The notes under the pieces: generated by a model
Database searches by the model: none
The model's input: the letters and a program-made list of their open reading frames with translations, nothing else
Told to the model about the DNA's origin: nothing
Shown here: positions 44,698-54,703 of the stretch, in pieces
How the letters are laid out: each line of letters opens with the position of its first letter
Position numbering within the stretch: the stretch's first letter is position 1
Position numbers and translations under genes: made by a program
Assembly: GCA_900316845.1 (NCBI GenBank)
Contig: ONEG01000006.1
Location: 424 to 64,423 of the forward strand
Length of the DNA stretch: 64,000 nt
Source of the DNA: an uncultured Bacteroidales bacterium
GTDB lineage: Bacteria; Bacteroidota; Bacteroidia; Bacteroidales; Paludibacteraceae
Direction of reading: 5' to 3'

Positions 44698-45252
44698 TTA
44701 TTTGCCCCTTACTATATATCCGTGCTTGTCCAGATGATTCGTGCGATCCAAAACCGCGTCAATCATAGCTCCGATAAACGCCTTTTGGCACAACGGAAAC
44801 GAAGTTTCTGGAATGTCATTCTGTGCGGATTGTTCCTGCGCTTTCTTGATTCGTTCGGGGCAAAAAACGATTCGGAATGCTTCCCCGTCATAGTACCCGA
44901 GAGACTCCAACGGGATGTATTCAACCTCGGTTACTTCTGGCATTTCTGATTCCTTTGCAAAACGGACACAGAGTGTAGCAACTACCTCGGAAATATCCAA
45001 CCTCTTGTTCCGCATTTCTTTTTCTTCCGGCATACTGAAATATGCCTTAGTAGGATCAAACGCATCCCAGAAATCAGCAACGATGTCTGCCGGAACCGCT
45101 TGCACGATGCTTGTAAAATCGGGTTCCGGAGTTGGCGAGTCTGCCAGACACGAAATGATAAAATCCTGCTCATCGTCAGTAAGTTGTTCCCTACATATTT
45201 TCAGGAGTAAACGATTGTATTCAATAATATCTGCAAGTGTATTATTTTCCAT
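44698..45252 (-). CDS. hypothetical protein (184 aa)
   Basis: The ATG at 45252 lies just downstream of a -7 box (complement of 45264..45271). The longer start at 45294 would lie upstream of that box. Confidence 0.5.
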   Translation of the reverse strand: MENNTLADIIEYNRLLLKICREQLTDDEQDFIISCLADSPTPEPDFTSIVQAVPADIVADFWDAFDPTKAYFSMPEEKEMRNKRLDISEVVATLCVRFAKESEMPEVTEVEYIPLESLGYYDGEAFRIVFCPERIKKAQEQSAQNDIPETSFPLCQKAFIGAMIDAVLDRTNHLDKHGYIVRGK

Positions 45253-45259
45253 GTTTTTT

Positions 45260-45340
45260 GCGACAAAGATACAATAAAAAATCAAAAGACGCAAAGGTTT
45301 GACCCTTTACGCCCTAATTAGCCCCAATTTAACGAGTGAA
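45260..45340. repeat. cassette junction/promoter element, copy E (family 2)
   Basis: Reads gcgacaaagatacaat...cgcaaaggtttgaccctttacgccctaattagccccaatttaacgagtgaa. The 51-nt core at 45290..45340 matches 47181..47231 at 50 of 51 positions. Confidence 0.9.
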
Positions 45341-45400
45341 CGAAACAATCGTTCGAGATAGTTCGAGAAAAGAATTAACGAGTGAATGAATGAGTGAATT
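45331..45400. repeat. ACGA-rich degenerate tandem array
   Basis: Reads aacgagtgaacgaaacaatcgttcgagatagttcgagaaaagaattaacgagtgaatgaatgagtgaatta. Confidence 0.7.
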
Positions 45401-45405
45401 ATTTG

Positions 45406-45681
45406 TTACTCAGTAATATTCTGCCAAATTGCATTACAAGCAAGGCTAAGCAACAATACAATCCATGGCCATTTAAGAGACAAGTATATCTGTGTCTTTC
45501 CACGGACACTCATGATAAAAAGCACGAGTAGCCATATAGCCATCACCGGCCATGGGGGAAAACGATACAAGCTGTCCAAAATGCGGCCATCCAGCAAGAG
45601 CAACATAGCCCGCTGGAAGCCGCACAAAGGACAGCTTATACCAAAGAGTTGCTTATATGCACAGGGCAGTAACAAGAACAC
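45406..45681 (-). CDS. DUF2752 family membrane protein
   Basis: Contains the N-terminal CAYKQLFGISCPLCGFQRA motif typical of DUF2752. Confidence 0.7.
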   Translation of the reverse strand: MFLLLPCAYKQLFGISCPLCGFQRAMLLLLDGRILDSLYRFPPWPVMAIWLLVLFIMSVRGKTQIYLSLKWPWIVLLLSLACNAIWQNITE

Positions 45682-45693
45682 TCTATCGGCCGT

Positions 45694-46008
45694 TTAGGAG
45701 AACATGTTCATCCATTCGAGCCAAGCGAAACCGGCCGTTCCAAGGATAGCCACTACAACTACATAATAAACGATGTAGATTGCGCCGAAAATGATACCAA
45801 TGATGGAAGTAATCCGTCCCGCATTGAGCATGCCATAACCGGAATAGATAGCGGGATTAGCGTGATAAGCAGCCAAGCCTTTGTTAGCCAATACAAGACC
45901 TACAATGCCACAAATGAGGCCTACAAAAAAACATCCGAAAACGAGGGAACAAATTCCCAGCACTAATGCCGCTACGGCATAAGGTGCATTTTGTTGCTGA
46001 GTTTCCAT
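45694..46008 (-). CDS. DUF4190-like small membrane protein (CCC-motif type)
   Basis: Two TM helices, with AALVLGICSLVFGCFFVGLICGIVGLVLA containing three Cys. Confidence 0.65.
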   Translation of the reverse strand: METQQQNAPYAVAALVLGICSLVFGCFFVGLICGIVGLVLANKGLAAYHANPAIYSGYGMLNAGRITSIIGIIFGAIYIVYYVVVVAILGTAGFAWLEWMNMFS

Positions 46009-46038
46009 AAATAGAATAATTAAATTTGATTGGTTATT

Positions 46039-46845
46039 TTACATTTGAGCCGCAGCGGAAGCCATTTTTGCTGCAATTTTCTGGAATCTTGTTGCTTGTG
46101 CGACGCTCATGTTATCGTTTGCAGAGGACAACTTTTCATTCAGTTCATTGCATTCCTGCATTAATGACATCATTTCTGAATAAGCATTAGCATCACCCGC
46201 ATTCACTTTCTTCAAAACTTTGATATACTGATCCATATAGCTCTCATACGAATCCAATATGGCATCCCAATCTTCCGAAGAGCCAGAATTCTCCATATCT
46301 TCATCATCCAAATCTGCCTCTGCCTCTAAGATGTCACGTTCAAGTGCAGACAGGAAATCCTCCTCTTCCGGTTCATCTACATGCAATTCTATGTCGCAAG
46401 AAGCAAAGGACTGTAATACTTCTTTCACTTGTTTGCTATCTGCAAGTATGCACGTAAATTTAACCTTAACCACATCTCCTATTGATGCACTTATAAGGTC
46501 TTTATAGGCAGATGTCATATTTTCGGCGGCAAACTCTACATCCTTGTGATTGATCTCAATATCACGCCCTTCTTTATCTTTTGCTTCAAGAATGAATTTT
46601 TCTACGATATAATCGGGATTTTCATATCTTCTAACTATCTTTAAATCAATCGTTGTTGAAAGTGCGTTTTCTTCCACCGAAATAGTATATGTGCCCGGAA
46701 CAGGTTCAAAGAAATCGTTACTGCCGTACACATCCCCAATATCCTCTGCGTCATCTGTTGTGATCACAAAGGTAGTGCTTTTACTGGAGCAACCGGTTAA
46801 AATAATTGCAAATGCAATTACAAACAAACTAAAATACTTTTTCAT
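46039..46845 (-). CDS. hypothetical lipoprotein with acidic linker and helical C-terminal domain
   Basis: Signal peptide MKKYFSLFVIAFAIILTGC. Confidence 0.6.
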   Translation of the reverse strand: MKKYFSLFVIAFAIILTGCSSKSTTFVITTDDAEDIGDVYGSNDFFEPVPGTYTISVEENALSTTIDLKIVRRYENPDYIVEKFILEAKDKEGRDIEINHKDVEFAAENMTSAYKDLISASIGDVVKVKFTCILADSKQVKEVLQSFASCDIELHVDEPEEEDFLSALERDILEAEADLDDEDMENSGSSEDWDAILDSYESYMDQYIKVLKKVNAGDANAYSEMMSLMQECNELNEKLSSANDNMSVAQATRFQKIAAKMASAAAQM

Positions 46846-46857
46846 ATTGATTAAAGA

Positions 46858-47076
46858 TTAAAAATTTGCTTCCAAAGTGATTTTGTGAAAACGTTCCAAT
46901 TGTTCCATTGTTAGTTCGTTTTCGTCTAACTTTTCCATAATTTTTAACGCTTCTACCTGATCTCCCTTCTTACATGCTTTTTCATACTGATCAAGCAACG
47001 AATCGTTAGAAGGAGTACAAGCAACCATAGCTAAACAAAATAATGCCATGACTGCAAAAATTAACTTTTTTTTCAT
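46858..47076 (-). CDS. small lipoprotein (72 aa)
   Basis: Signal peptide MKKKLIFAVMALFCLAMVAC. It is the first ORF after cassette promoter copy F. Confidence 0.55.
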   Translation of the reverse strand: MKKKLIFAVMALFCLAMVACTPSNDSLLDQYEKACKKGDQVEALKIMEKLDENELTMEQLERFHKITLEANF

Positions 47077-47147
47077 ATTATTAATAGTTTTAAAGTTTTG
47101 CCTACTCTTTTAAGGATTTTCGGCATCTTCCATTTCATTGACAATTT

Positions 47148-47231
47148 GCGAGCGCAAAGATACAACAAAATAACGAAAGGCGCAAAGGTTTGACCCTTTA
47201 CGCCCTAATTAGCCCCATTTTAACGAGTGAA
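47148..47231. repeat. cassette junction/promoter element, copy F (family 2)
   Basis: Reads gcgagcgcaaagatacaac...cgcaaaggtttgaccctttacgccctaattagccccattttaacgagtgaa. The -7 TATCTTTG is the complement of 47155..47162. Confidence 0.9.
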
Positions 47232-47288
47232 GGAATTAACGAATGAACGAATTAACGAATGAACGAATGAACGAATGAACGAATGAAG
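47221..47288. repeat. tandem array of GAATGAAC / AATTAACG units at the right edge of the island
   Basis: Reads taacgagtgaaggaattaacgaatgaacgaattaacgaatgaacgaatgaacgaatgaacgaatgaaggg. Confidence 0.9.
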
Positions 47289-47322
47289 GGTGTTTAATGT
47301 TTAGATGGAGATGGAAGAAGTA

Positions 47323-48534
47323 TTACTCGGCAAGCGGTTTTTGCTGAATAATCATTGTATCGCCGTTAAGGTTTACATACATTATCGGATAATCTTTATA
47401 GATGATTTCCAAGCGCGGGAGGTCACGGGTATAGGTAACAAGGTATTGCTTTTGCAGTTGTTCCTCATATTGAGGATAGGACTTCGCTAATTTGTCTCGC
47501 GTTTGGTGCATCTGCGTAGCATAGCGATTTGTCATAGTGATGCCTTCATTCATACTCTTTACCGGCATATTCCTGAGCGAATCGGAATAAGTGCGGTACA
47601 AGGCGCTATACTGCCGTTCTGCCCTACTCTTTACATCCAGCCAAACGGAGTCAACAACAGGTTTTGCAGGAACAATAACCACCACTGTGTCGGTCTGTAT
47701 CTCTATTGGTTGCACCGTTTCCTTCGGGCTTGGCAAGAATACTATGACAAATGCCACAATAGCAGCTAACGCAAGAGCCAAAGGCAGTAACCATCTCATC
47801 CGCCAATAGCGGTGAAGCGCAGCACGGACTTGGCGGACGGAAGTGTAACGGCTTCTATCGGAGGCAAGGCAACGACGGATAATTGGTTTAGCCGAATGCG
47901 GGAAAAGAAGTGCCAACATCTTGCCTAAGGCATAGATGTCCCGCTCAGGCAACAAGGTATCGGACGGCAGTTGCTCCGGGACGCTGATTGACGGCGATGT
48001 GCCGATATTCTTAGCTATATAGGCTTCATTATCCGCAAAGCCGAAATCAATCAGCCGCACATGATTGCCGGAGTCGTTAATAAGGATGTTAGAAGGCTTG
48101 AGATCACCGTGGACTATCTGGCGTTCATGGAGGAAAACCAAGGCTTCCATTAATTCGTCCGCTACGCGCCGACGCTCTGTACAGGAGGGCTTTTCTGCTA
48201 TGAATTTATCCAATGGGCGACCATGGATGTATTCCATGAGGATAGCTCGCCCTAACTGCGGATCGTCCACCATGGATATTGTCTGAACCACATAGATTGA
48301 GTCCAGACGGTGCATGATCTCAAACTCACGTTCCAACAGGAGTTGATTGCGAGTCCGTTCGCCTTCGGTGGGCTTGGCAGCCTTCAGAACGACCCATTTG
48401 CCGCCCATTTGCGCACGATAAATCAGATTGTGCCCGGAGTCAGACAACAACTCATAATCCGTAAGGTGATCCACGCCTAATTCTTGCGAACTAAGCGGAC
48501 GGATAGGACCCGATGTGAACGAATTTGTATCCAT
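47323..48534 (-). CDS. serine/threonine protein kinase with TM segment and C-terminal extracytoplasmic domain
   Basis: Catalytic loop HGDLKPSNILI and the DFG motif LIDFGFA. The ATG at 48534 lies downstream of a minus-strand TACTTTTG box. Confidence 0.85.
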   Translation of the reverse strand: MDTNSFTSGPIRPLSSQELGVDHLTDYELLSDSGHNLIYRAQMGGKWVVLKAAKPTEGERTRNQLLLEREFEIMHRLDSIYVVQTISMVDDPQLGRAILMEYIHGRPLDKFIAEKPSCTERRRVADELMEALVFLHERQIVHGDLKPSNILINDSGNHVRLIDFGFADNEAYIAKNIGTSPSISVPEQLPSDTLLPERDIYALGKMLALLFPHSAKPIIRRCLASDRSRYTSVRQVRAALHRYWRMRWLLPLALALAAIVAFVIVFLPSPKETVQPIEIQTDTVVVIVPAKPVVDSVWLDVKSRAERQYSALYRTYSDSLRNMPVKSMNEGITMTNRYATQMHQTRDKLAKSYPQYEEQLQKQYLVTYTRDLPRLEIIYKDYPIMYVNLNGDTMIIQQKPLAE

Positions 48535-48542
48535 TGACGGTG

Positions 48543-48590
48543 CAAAAGTACAAAAAAATTTGCGTATATGCAAATAATTTTATAATTTTG
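48543..48590. promoter_or_regulatory. divergent promoter pair sharing a palindromic -33 region
   Basis: TACTTTTG is the complement of 48543..48550 (kinase). TTTGCGTATATGCAAA lies at 48559..48574 and TAATTTTG at 48583..48590 (gene at 48607). Confidence 0.6.
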
Positions 48591-48606
48591 CACAAATTTT
48601 TGAATT

Positions 48607-49146
48607 ATGGACACATCCTATCCATCCAATAGTATCGCTATCTGCCAACTGAAGAAGGCAGTTGAAGCACGATTCGGACATGTTCCATCCGGCCCCGCCG
48701 ACTTCGGAGAGTTGAGTATCGCTATCTCTAAAACGACCGGTGAACGCATCAGTCCGGACACTCTCAGCCGTATTTGGGGCTACAAAAAAGGCTATTCTTC
48801 CGTGCGGCAGAGCACGGTGCGTGTGTTGGAACAATACGCAAAAGCGAACGAAGAATCGGACTTCGTTCATACAACCGCTATTTATGCCGACGAATGCCAG
48901 AAAGGTGATCGCGTGCGTATTGCATGGCTGCCGGACCGCGTTTGTGTGCTGAGTTATCTGGGGAACTACCGATGGCGATTGGAGGAAGCTATCAACTGCA
49001 AACTGCATGTCGGAGACACATTCTCTTGCCGCACGATAGCAAAATGTGAAATACTGGTAGTGGATCACGTGGAAACGGCAAACGGCTCATATGAATGTTA
49101 CCGCATGGGGAACAAAAACGGGCTCACGATAGTAGAAAAACTATAA
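48607..49146 (+). CDS. hypothetical protein (179 aa)
   Basis: ORF with core-like composition and its own promoter. No motif recognised. Confidence 0.6.
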   Translation: MDTSYPSNSIAICQLKKAVEARFGHVPSGPADFGELSIAISKTTGERISPDTLSRIWGYKKGYSSVRQSTVRVLEQYAKANEESDFVHTTAIYADECQKGDRVRIAWLPDRVCVLSYLGNYRWRLEEAINCKLHVGDTFSCRTIAKCEILVVDHVETANGSYECYRMGNKNGLTIVEKL

Positions 49147-49169
49147 TAGAATTGATAAAACGCATAGAT

Positions 49170-51176
49170 ATGCAAGACGAACGGTATTTACGGCTATTAA
49201 GCGAGAAGTTTCCGAACTCGCAAGCGGTTGTGACTGAGTTGATTAACCTGCGCGCTATCCTCTCTCTGCCCAAAGGGACAGAGCATTTCGTGAGCGACCT
49301 GCACGGCGAGTCGATGGCTTTCATCCACATGATCAAAAACGCTTCCGGCGTGGTACGGAAGAAAGTGGATGAGGTCTATGGCGCGACGCTCTCCGAAGAG
49401 GAGAAAAGGGCGATCTGTGCGCTCATTTACTACCCCGACGAGCGGATCGAGTTGATAAAGAAGTACTACGACGGAGACAAAGACGAGAACTACACCACGC
49501 TCTTTACGCTCAATGCGCAGATATCGAACCTGCCGACTTTGGAAGAATGGTACCGGACGAGGCTGCATCAGGTGGTGAATATCGCGCGGGCGGTGACCAT
49601 CAAATACAGCCGCTCGAAAGTACATCGGCTCCTGCCGAAAGGCTATGAATACGTCATCGCCGAGTTGCTGCACGAGTCGAACCTGGAGCAGCACGACCGC
49701 CAGACGTATTACAACGCCATCATCGATGCCATCATCGAGACCGGTTGTGCGGATCAGCTGATCATCGCTATCTCGTATCTGATACACGGTCTGACGATCG
49801 ACACGCTGCATATTGTCGGAGATATTTTTGACAGAGGACCCGGTGCTTCGAAGATTCTGGACGTGCTCTCCACCGTGCGGGATTATGACATCCAGTGGGG
49901 CAATCACGATATCGAATGGATGGGTGCGATGGCAGGCAACATGGCGTTGTTGGCGACCGTGCTGCGCGTCTCTATCCGTTACGCCAATATCGAGACCCTC
50001 GAAGAGGGTTACGGCATCAACCTGCTGCCGCTGGCGAACTTCGCGATGACCGTTTACGGGGACGACCCGTGTACTATCTGGCAGACCAAAGATTTTGAGA
50101 ATAACCCGCGTCTGACGCGCTCGGCACAACTGATGGCGAAGATGCACAAGGCTATCTCCATCATTCAGTTCAAGCTCGAAGGACAGACCGTCAAGCGTCA
50201 TCCGGAGTGGCACATGGATCATCGGGCGGTATTGGATCATTTGAGATTTGAGGATGGACATCTGACATTTAACGGTCAGCCTTTGCTGGACACCAACCTG
50301 CCGACTGTTGATCCGAAAGACCCTTACGCGCTGAACCAGTACGAGCAGGATCTGATGAACCAGCTATGGCGTTCGTTCCGTAAGTCCGAGAAGATGCAAC
50401 GGCACCTGAAGATGCTGTATGAGCACGGATCGCTGTACTTGGTTCGGAACGGTTTCCTACTCTACCACGCGGCTATTCCGCTGAATGCCGATGGGTCTTT
50501 TGCCGAGGCCGACGTATGCGGCAAACGCGTGAAAGGCAAGGCGCTTATGGACCGCACGGACGAAGTGATCCGCATGGCGTATTACGGTGAAGGCAAAGAG
50601 AAAGAGGATGCGCTGGACTATATGTTATACCTCTGGGAAGGCGAGTTCTCTCCGCTGTACCACAAAGACAAGATGACCACTTTTGAGCGGTATTTTCTGG
50701 CAGACAAAGAGACCTGGGCGGAGAAGAAAGGCGCTTATTTCACGTTAGCAGACGACGAGAAGATCTGCGAGCAGATACTCAAAGAGTTCGGTCTCAACCC
50801 TGCGACGGGGCGTATTATTAACGGACACGTACCCGTTCGCACAATAAAAGGAGAAACACCTATCCGCGCAAACGGTAAGCGTTTTGTGATTGACGGAGGG
50901 TTCAGCAAGCCTTACCAGGAGAAGACCGGCATCGCCGGTTACACGCTGATCTACAACAGTCATGGCATCCAGCTCGTGGAGCATGAGTCGTTCGAGAGCC
51001 GCGAGCAAGCGATCCTCTCCGGTTCGGACATCCATAGCCGGACTTTGCTGCAGGATTTCTCCGGCAGCCGGCTGCGTATCAAAGATACGGACAAAGGCAA
51101 AGAGCTTTTGGAGCAATTAGAGGCGTTAGAGCAACTGCTGCATGCTTACCGTTCCGGTATCTTCCGCGAGCAATAA
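49170..51176 (+). CDS. fbp: fructose-1,6-bisphosphatase class 3
   Basis: Contains YLRLLSEKFPNSQAVVTELINLRAILSLPKGTEHFVSDLHGE and IVGDIFDRGP. The ATG at 49170 is preferred over the longer ORF start. Confidence 0.93.
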   Translation: MQDERYLRLLSEKFPNSQAVVTELINLRAILSLPKGTEHFVSDLHGESMAFIHMIKNASGVVRKKVDEVYGATLSEEEKRAICALIYYPDERIELIKKYYDGDKDENYTTLFTLNAQISNLPTLEEWYRTRLHQVVNIARAVTIKYSRSKVHRLLPKGYEYVIAELLHESNLEQHDRQTYYNAIIDAIIETGCADQLIIAISYLIHGLTIDTLHIVGDIFDRGPGASKILDVLSTVRDYDIQWGNHDIEWMGAMAGNMALLATVLRVSIRYANIETLEEGYGINLLPLANFAMTVYGDDPCTIWQTKDFENNPRLTRSAQLMAKMHKAISIIQFKLEGQTVKRHPEWHMDHRAVLDHLRFEDGHLTFNGQPLLDTNLPTVDPKDPYALNQYEQDLMNQLWRSFRKSEKMQRHLKMLYEHGSLYLVRNGFLLYHAAIPLNADGSFAEADVCGKRVKGKALMDRTDEVIRMAYYGEGKEKEDALDYMLYLWEGEFSPLYHKDKMTTFERYFLADKETWAEKKGAYFTLADDEKICEQILKEFGLNPATGRIINGHVPVRTIKGETPIRANGKRFVIDGGFSKPYQEKTGIAGYTLIYNSHGIQLVEHESFESREQAILSGSDIHSRTLLQDFSGSRLRIKDTDKGKELLEQLEALEQLLHAYRSGIFREQ

Positions 51177-51203
51177 CTGACAAAATGGCAGAACTGACAG
51201 CTT

Positions 51204-51218
51204 TGGCACAGAGTTTGC
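51204..51218 (+). promoter_or_regulatory. sigma-54 type -24/-12 element (TGGCAC-N5-TTGC) upstream of groES
   Basis: Reads tggcacagagtttgc, with GG at 51205..51206 and GC at 51217..51218 (10 nt between). It lies 70 nt upstream of the groES ATG. The same bases form an inverted repeat TTGGCA-N7-TGCCAA. Confidence 0.45.
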
Positions 51219-51227
51219 CAATGATGA

Positions 51228-51267
51228 AAGCGGAAAGTCGAAAGTAAAAAGTCGAAAGTAGAAAGAC
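51228..51267. repeat. degenerate tandem repeat (GAAAGT-like units) in the groES leader
   Basis: Reads aagcggaaagtcgaaagtaaaaagtcgaaagtagaaagac. Confidence 0.7.
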
Positions 51268-51287
51268 AATTTTAAAACACAGATATT

Positions 51288-51563
51288 ATGAGCAAGATTC
51301 AACCATTAGGAGACCGCGTGCTGGTAAAAGCAGCGGCTTCAGAGGAAAAGACCGTAGGCGGTATTATCATTCCTGATAACGCCAAAGAAAAGCCCAACCG
51401 CGGCGAAGTAATAGCCGTAGGAGCAGGAACCAAAGACGAGCCGATGCTTCTACAACCGGGAGACCAGATCCTATTCGGCAAATGGGCCGGTTCGGATTTT
51501 GAGTTCGACGGCGAGAAATACCAGATGATGAAACAAAGCGATATCTGGGCGGTGATTAAGTAA
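51288..51563 (+). CDS. groES: co-chaperonin GroES
   Basis: Reads [30 protein letters not shown] and lies directly upstream of groEL. Confidence 0.97.
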   Translation: MSKIQPLGDRVLVKAAASEEKTVGGIIIPDNAKEKPNRGEVIAVGAGTKDEPMLLQPGDQILFGKWAGSDFEFDGEKYQMMKQSDIWAVIK

Positions 51564-51568
51564 TTTAG

Positions 51569-53230
<1,662 letters not shown>

Positions 53231-53258
53231 AAAAGACGCCTTCGGGCGTCTTTTTTTT
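53231..53258 (+). terminator. rho-independent terminator of groESL
   Basis: agacgcc (53234..53240) pairs with ggcgtct (53245..53251) across loop ttcg, followed by a T8 run. Confidence 0.9.
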
Positions 53259-53260
53259 AT

Positions 53261-53274
53261 TGTGTGTGTGTGTG
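53261..53274. repeat. (TG)7 dinucleotide microsatellite
   Basis: Reads tgtgtgtgtgtgtg, between the groEL terminator and the dnaA stop. Confidence 0.95.
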
Positions 53275-53278
53275 GAGT

Positions 53279-54649
53279 TTATGCGTTGAGTTGGGATTGG
53301 ATCTGTGCGACGGCTTGACGCAGAACAGGATCGTACTCCAGCTGGTCACGCATGATCGCAAGGGAATGCAGGACGGTTGCGTGCGTACGGCGACCCATCT
53401 TAAAACCAATCTCCGTGAGGGAGGAATCGGTTAACTCTTTAGTCAAGTAGATGGCTACGTGGCGTGCACGGGTGATCTCGCGTGAGCGGTTCTGGCTGAG
53501 GATCGCTTTCTCCGGCAGACCATAATGTTCTGCGACCGCCCCAATGACATCTCCGATGGCGATCTTACGCGGCTGGATAGCGACGATATGGCTGACAACC
53601 TGCTCTGCCAGAGCGAGATCTATCTCACGATCTGTGAGCGTGGAGTGCGCCAAGAGGGATGCAAGAATACCTTCCAAGTCACGAACGGAGTTGCGGACGT
53701 TCGTTGCAATGAAATCCACCACTTCGTCCGAGAGCGATATGCCGTCACGGCGCATCTTGGAGAGGAGAATATTCTTACGCAGCTGGTAGTCCGGATGCTT
53801 GATCTCCGCGGAGAGACCCCATTTGAAACGGGTGAGGAGTCGCTCCTCGATATCCTTGAGCTCAATCGGCGGCCTATCGGACGTGAGGATCAGCTGTTTG
53901 CGGCTCTGCTGGAGATAGTTGAAGATGTGGAAGAAGGTATCCTGGGTTCCTTTGAGACCCGCGAAATACTGAATATCATCCACGATCAGCACATCTACCG
54001 ACTGATAGAAATTGAGGAAATCGGGGATGCGGTTGCTCTTCGCTGCGTCCTGATACTGGAGCTTGAAGGTGTTCGCACTCACGTAGAGCACACGCGCATG
54101 AGGATTGAGCAGTTGAACCTGATTTCCGATGGCGTTTGCCAGATGGGTCTTTCCTACTCCGCTACCGCCATAGATGAAGAGCGGGTTGAAAGCAGTGTAG
54201 CCCGGTTGCTTGGCAATCGCAATGCCGGCTGTACGCGCCAGTTTATTCGGTTCTCCCGCTACAAACGAATCAAAGGTATAATAGGTATTGAGTTGGGAGT
54301 CGAAGTTATCCGTACGGATCGGCGCGTTATTAATTATATGGTTCGCCTGCGCTTGTGCGCCCGCGGAAGGAAGCATGGTTCCTGCTCCGGAGGTGGAGTC
54401 AATCAAGACGCGGTACTCGAGATGGGTTCCCTGTCCGAAGACGCGGATGATGGTTGCGGAGAGGAGAGATATATAGTTCTCCTCTATATATTCCGCGACG
54501 AATTGCGATTTCACTTGAAGGACAAGAATGCCATTCTCAAACTGCAACGGCACAATGGGTGCGAACCATGTTTGGTAGGCACTGCTTGTCAAGTTGTCGG
54601 CGAGAATAGCCTGACACCGACCCCATTGTTGTTGTAGTGTTTCTGTCAT
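53279..54649 (-). CDS. dnaA: chromosomal replication initiator DnaA
   Basis: Walker A GGSGVGKTHL, Walker B LIVDDIQYF and a C-terminal DNA-binding region RARHVAIYLTKELT. Confidence 0.97.
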   Translation of the reverse strand: MTETLQQQWGRCQAILADNLTSSAYQTWFAPIVPLQFENGILVLQVKSQFVAEYIEENYISLLSATIIRVFGQGTHLEYRVLIDSTSGAGTMLPSAGAQAQANHIINNAPIRTDNFDSQLNTYYTFDSFVAGEPNKLARTAGIAIAKQPGYTAFNPLFIYGGSGVGKTHLANAIGNQVQLLNPHARVLYVSANTFKLQYQDAAKSNRIPDFLNFYQSVDVLIVDDIQYFAGLKGTQDTFFHIFNYLQQSRKQLILTSDRPPIELKDIEERLLTRFKWGLSAEIKHPDYQLRKNILLSKMRRDGISLSDEVVDFIATNVRNSVRDLEGILASLLAHSTLTDREIDLALAEQVVSHIVAIQPRKIAIGDVIGAVAEHYGLPEKAILSQNRSREITRARHVAIYLTKELTDSSLTEIGFKMGRRTHATVLHSLAIMRDQLEYDPVLRQAVAQIQSQLNA

Positions 54650-54703
54650 TTTTTTCGGCGAAAAACTGTTCGCAAAATGGTGCTCTCAGAGCGAAATCGA
54701 GTG

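Noticed and set aside
47221-47288. A possible CRISPR array, considered here and for the other tandem arrays at 25187, 44266, 45331 and 55949
   Set aside because: The units are only 8-11 nt and directly adjacent, with no unique spacers of about 30 nt. There are no cas genes in the window.
25012-47322. Classifying the island as an ICE, prophage, transposon or IS-bounded element
   Set aside because: No integrase, transposase, relaxase, or capsid/terminase-like ORF occurs on either strand. No tRNA or tmRNA lies at either edge, and there are no long terminal direct or inverted repeats.
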